Below are positions 63,791 to 64,000 of a stretch of DNA of 64,000 nucleotides, one piece after another (positions within the stretch are counted from its first letter, which is position 1; each line of letters begins with the position of its first letter). The position numbers and the translations under genes were made by a program. This DNA comes from Sedimentisphaerales bacterium (GTDB lineage Bacteria > Planctomycetota > Phycisphaerae > Sedimentisphaerales > Anaerobacaceae): contig JAXGYC010000009.1 in the NCBI GenBank assembly GCA_040772485.1, positions 96,001-160,000 of the forward strand. Reading direction: 5' to 3'. The notes under the pieces were generated by a model that saw only the letters and a program-made list of their open reading frames with translations, searched no databases and was not told the origin of the DNA.

Positions 63791-64000
63791 CGTTTGCACC
63801 TCATCAACGCAAGTGAAACCCTTCGTGTCCGTCCCGGGTGCGTTCGCAGCGACCCCGCCGGGCGACCACACAACCCTACCCCATTCGCACCGCCGCCCGC
63901 AAGCGCAATTCTCACCCCCATCCGCGCGACTTGCCGGACGTGTCTGTGATGTGTGTGGCAGCGGCAAGCGCAGCTTGCCGATGGCCTTGACGGTGGTTTC

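Overview
High-GC bacterial chromosome segment. The gene content (Tat-exported Gfo/Idh/MocA oxidoreductases, multi-LamG secreted proteins, DUF2961/GH172, GH116, DUF4056, an acidic HTH membrane protein) suggests Planctomycetota, probably Phycisphaerae/Sedimentisphaerales; this is inference only. It holds about 45 CDS and one tRNA-Pro(TGG). Glycan-related and regulatory genes alternate with short accessory cassettes: four toxin-antitoxin pairs, a solo HEPN, a frameshifted YhcG, a DNA methyltransferase-GIY-YIG fusion, an orphan Rhs tip with a likely immunity gene, and several lower-GC orphan genes. Intergenic DNA is a patchwork of at least five REP-like palindrome families and 7-9 nt tandem repeats. 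Best leads: (1) two near-identical RAYT (Y1 HUH) transposase units with 19-bp inverted ends that enclose foreign cargo, including a truncated gene, with related end motifs next to other foreign genes, suggesting a RAYT/REP gene-capture system; (2) a three-gene Fap-like unit of secreted double-glycine-type precursor, beta-barrel and stand-alone C39 peptidase; (3) a roughly 400-nt structured 5' leader duplicated in front of two LamG paralogues, more conserved than the adjoining coding sequence and carrying a perfect 12-nt complement of the 16S rRNA 3' end; (4) intergenic REP and tandem-repeat DNA forming part of a BlaR1 coding sequence. All family calls come from motif recognition by eye; no database searches were run.
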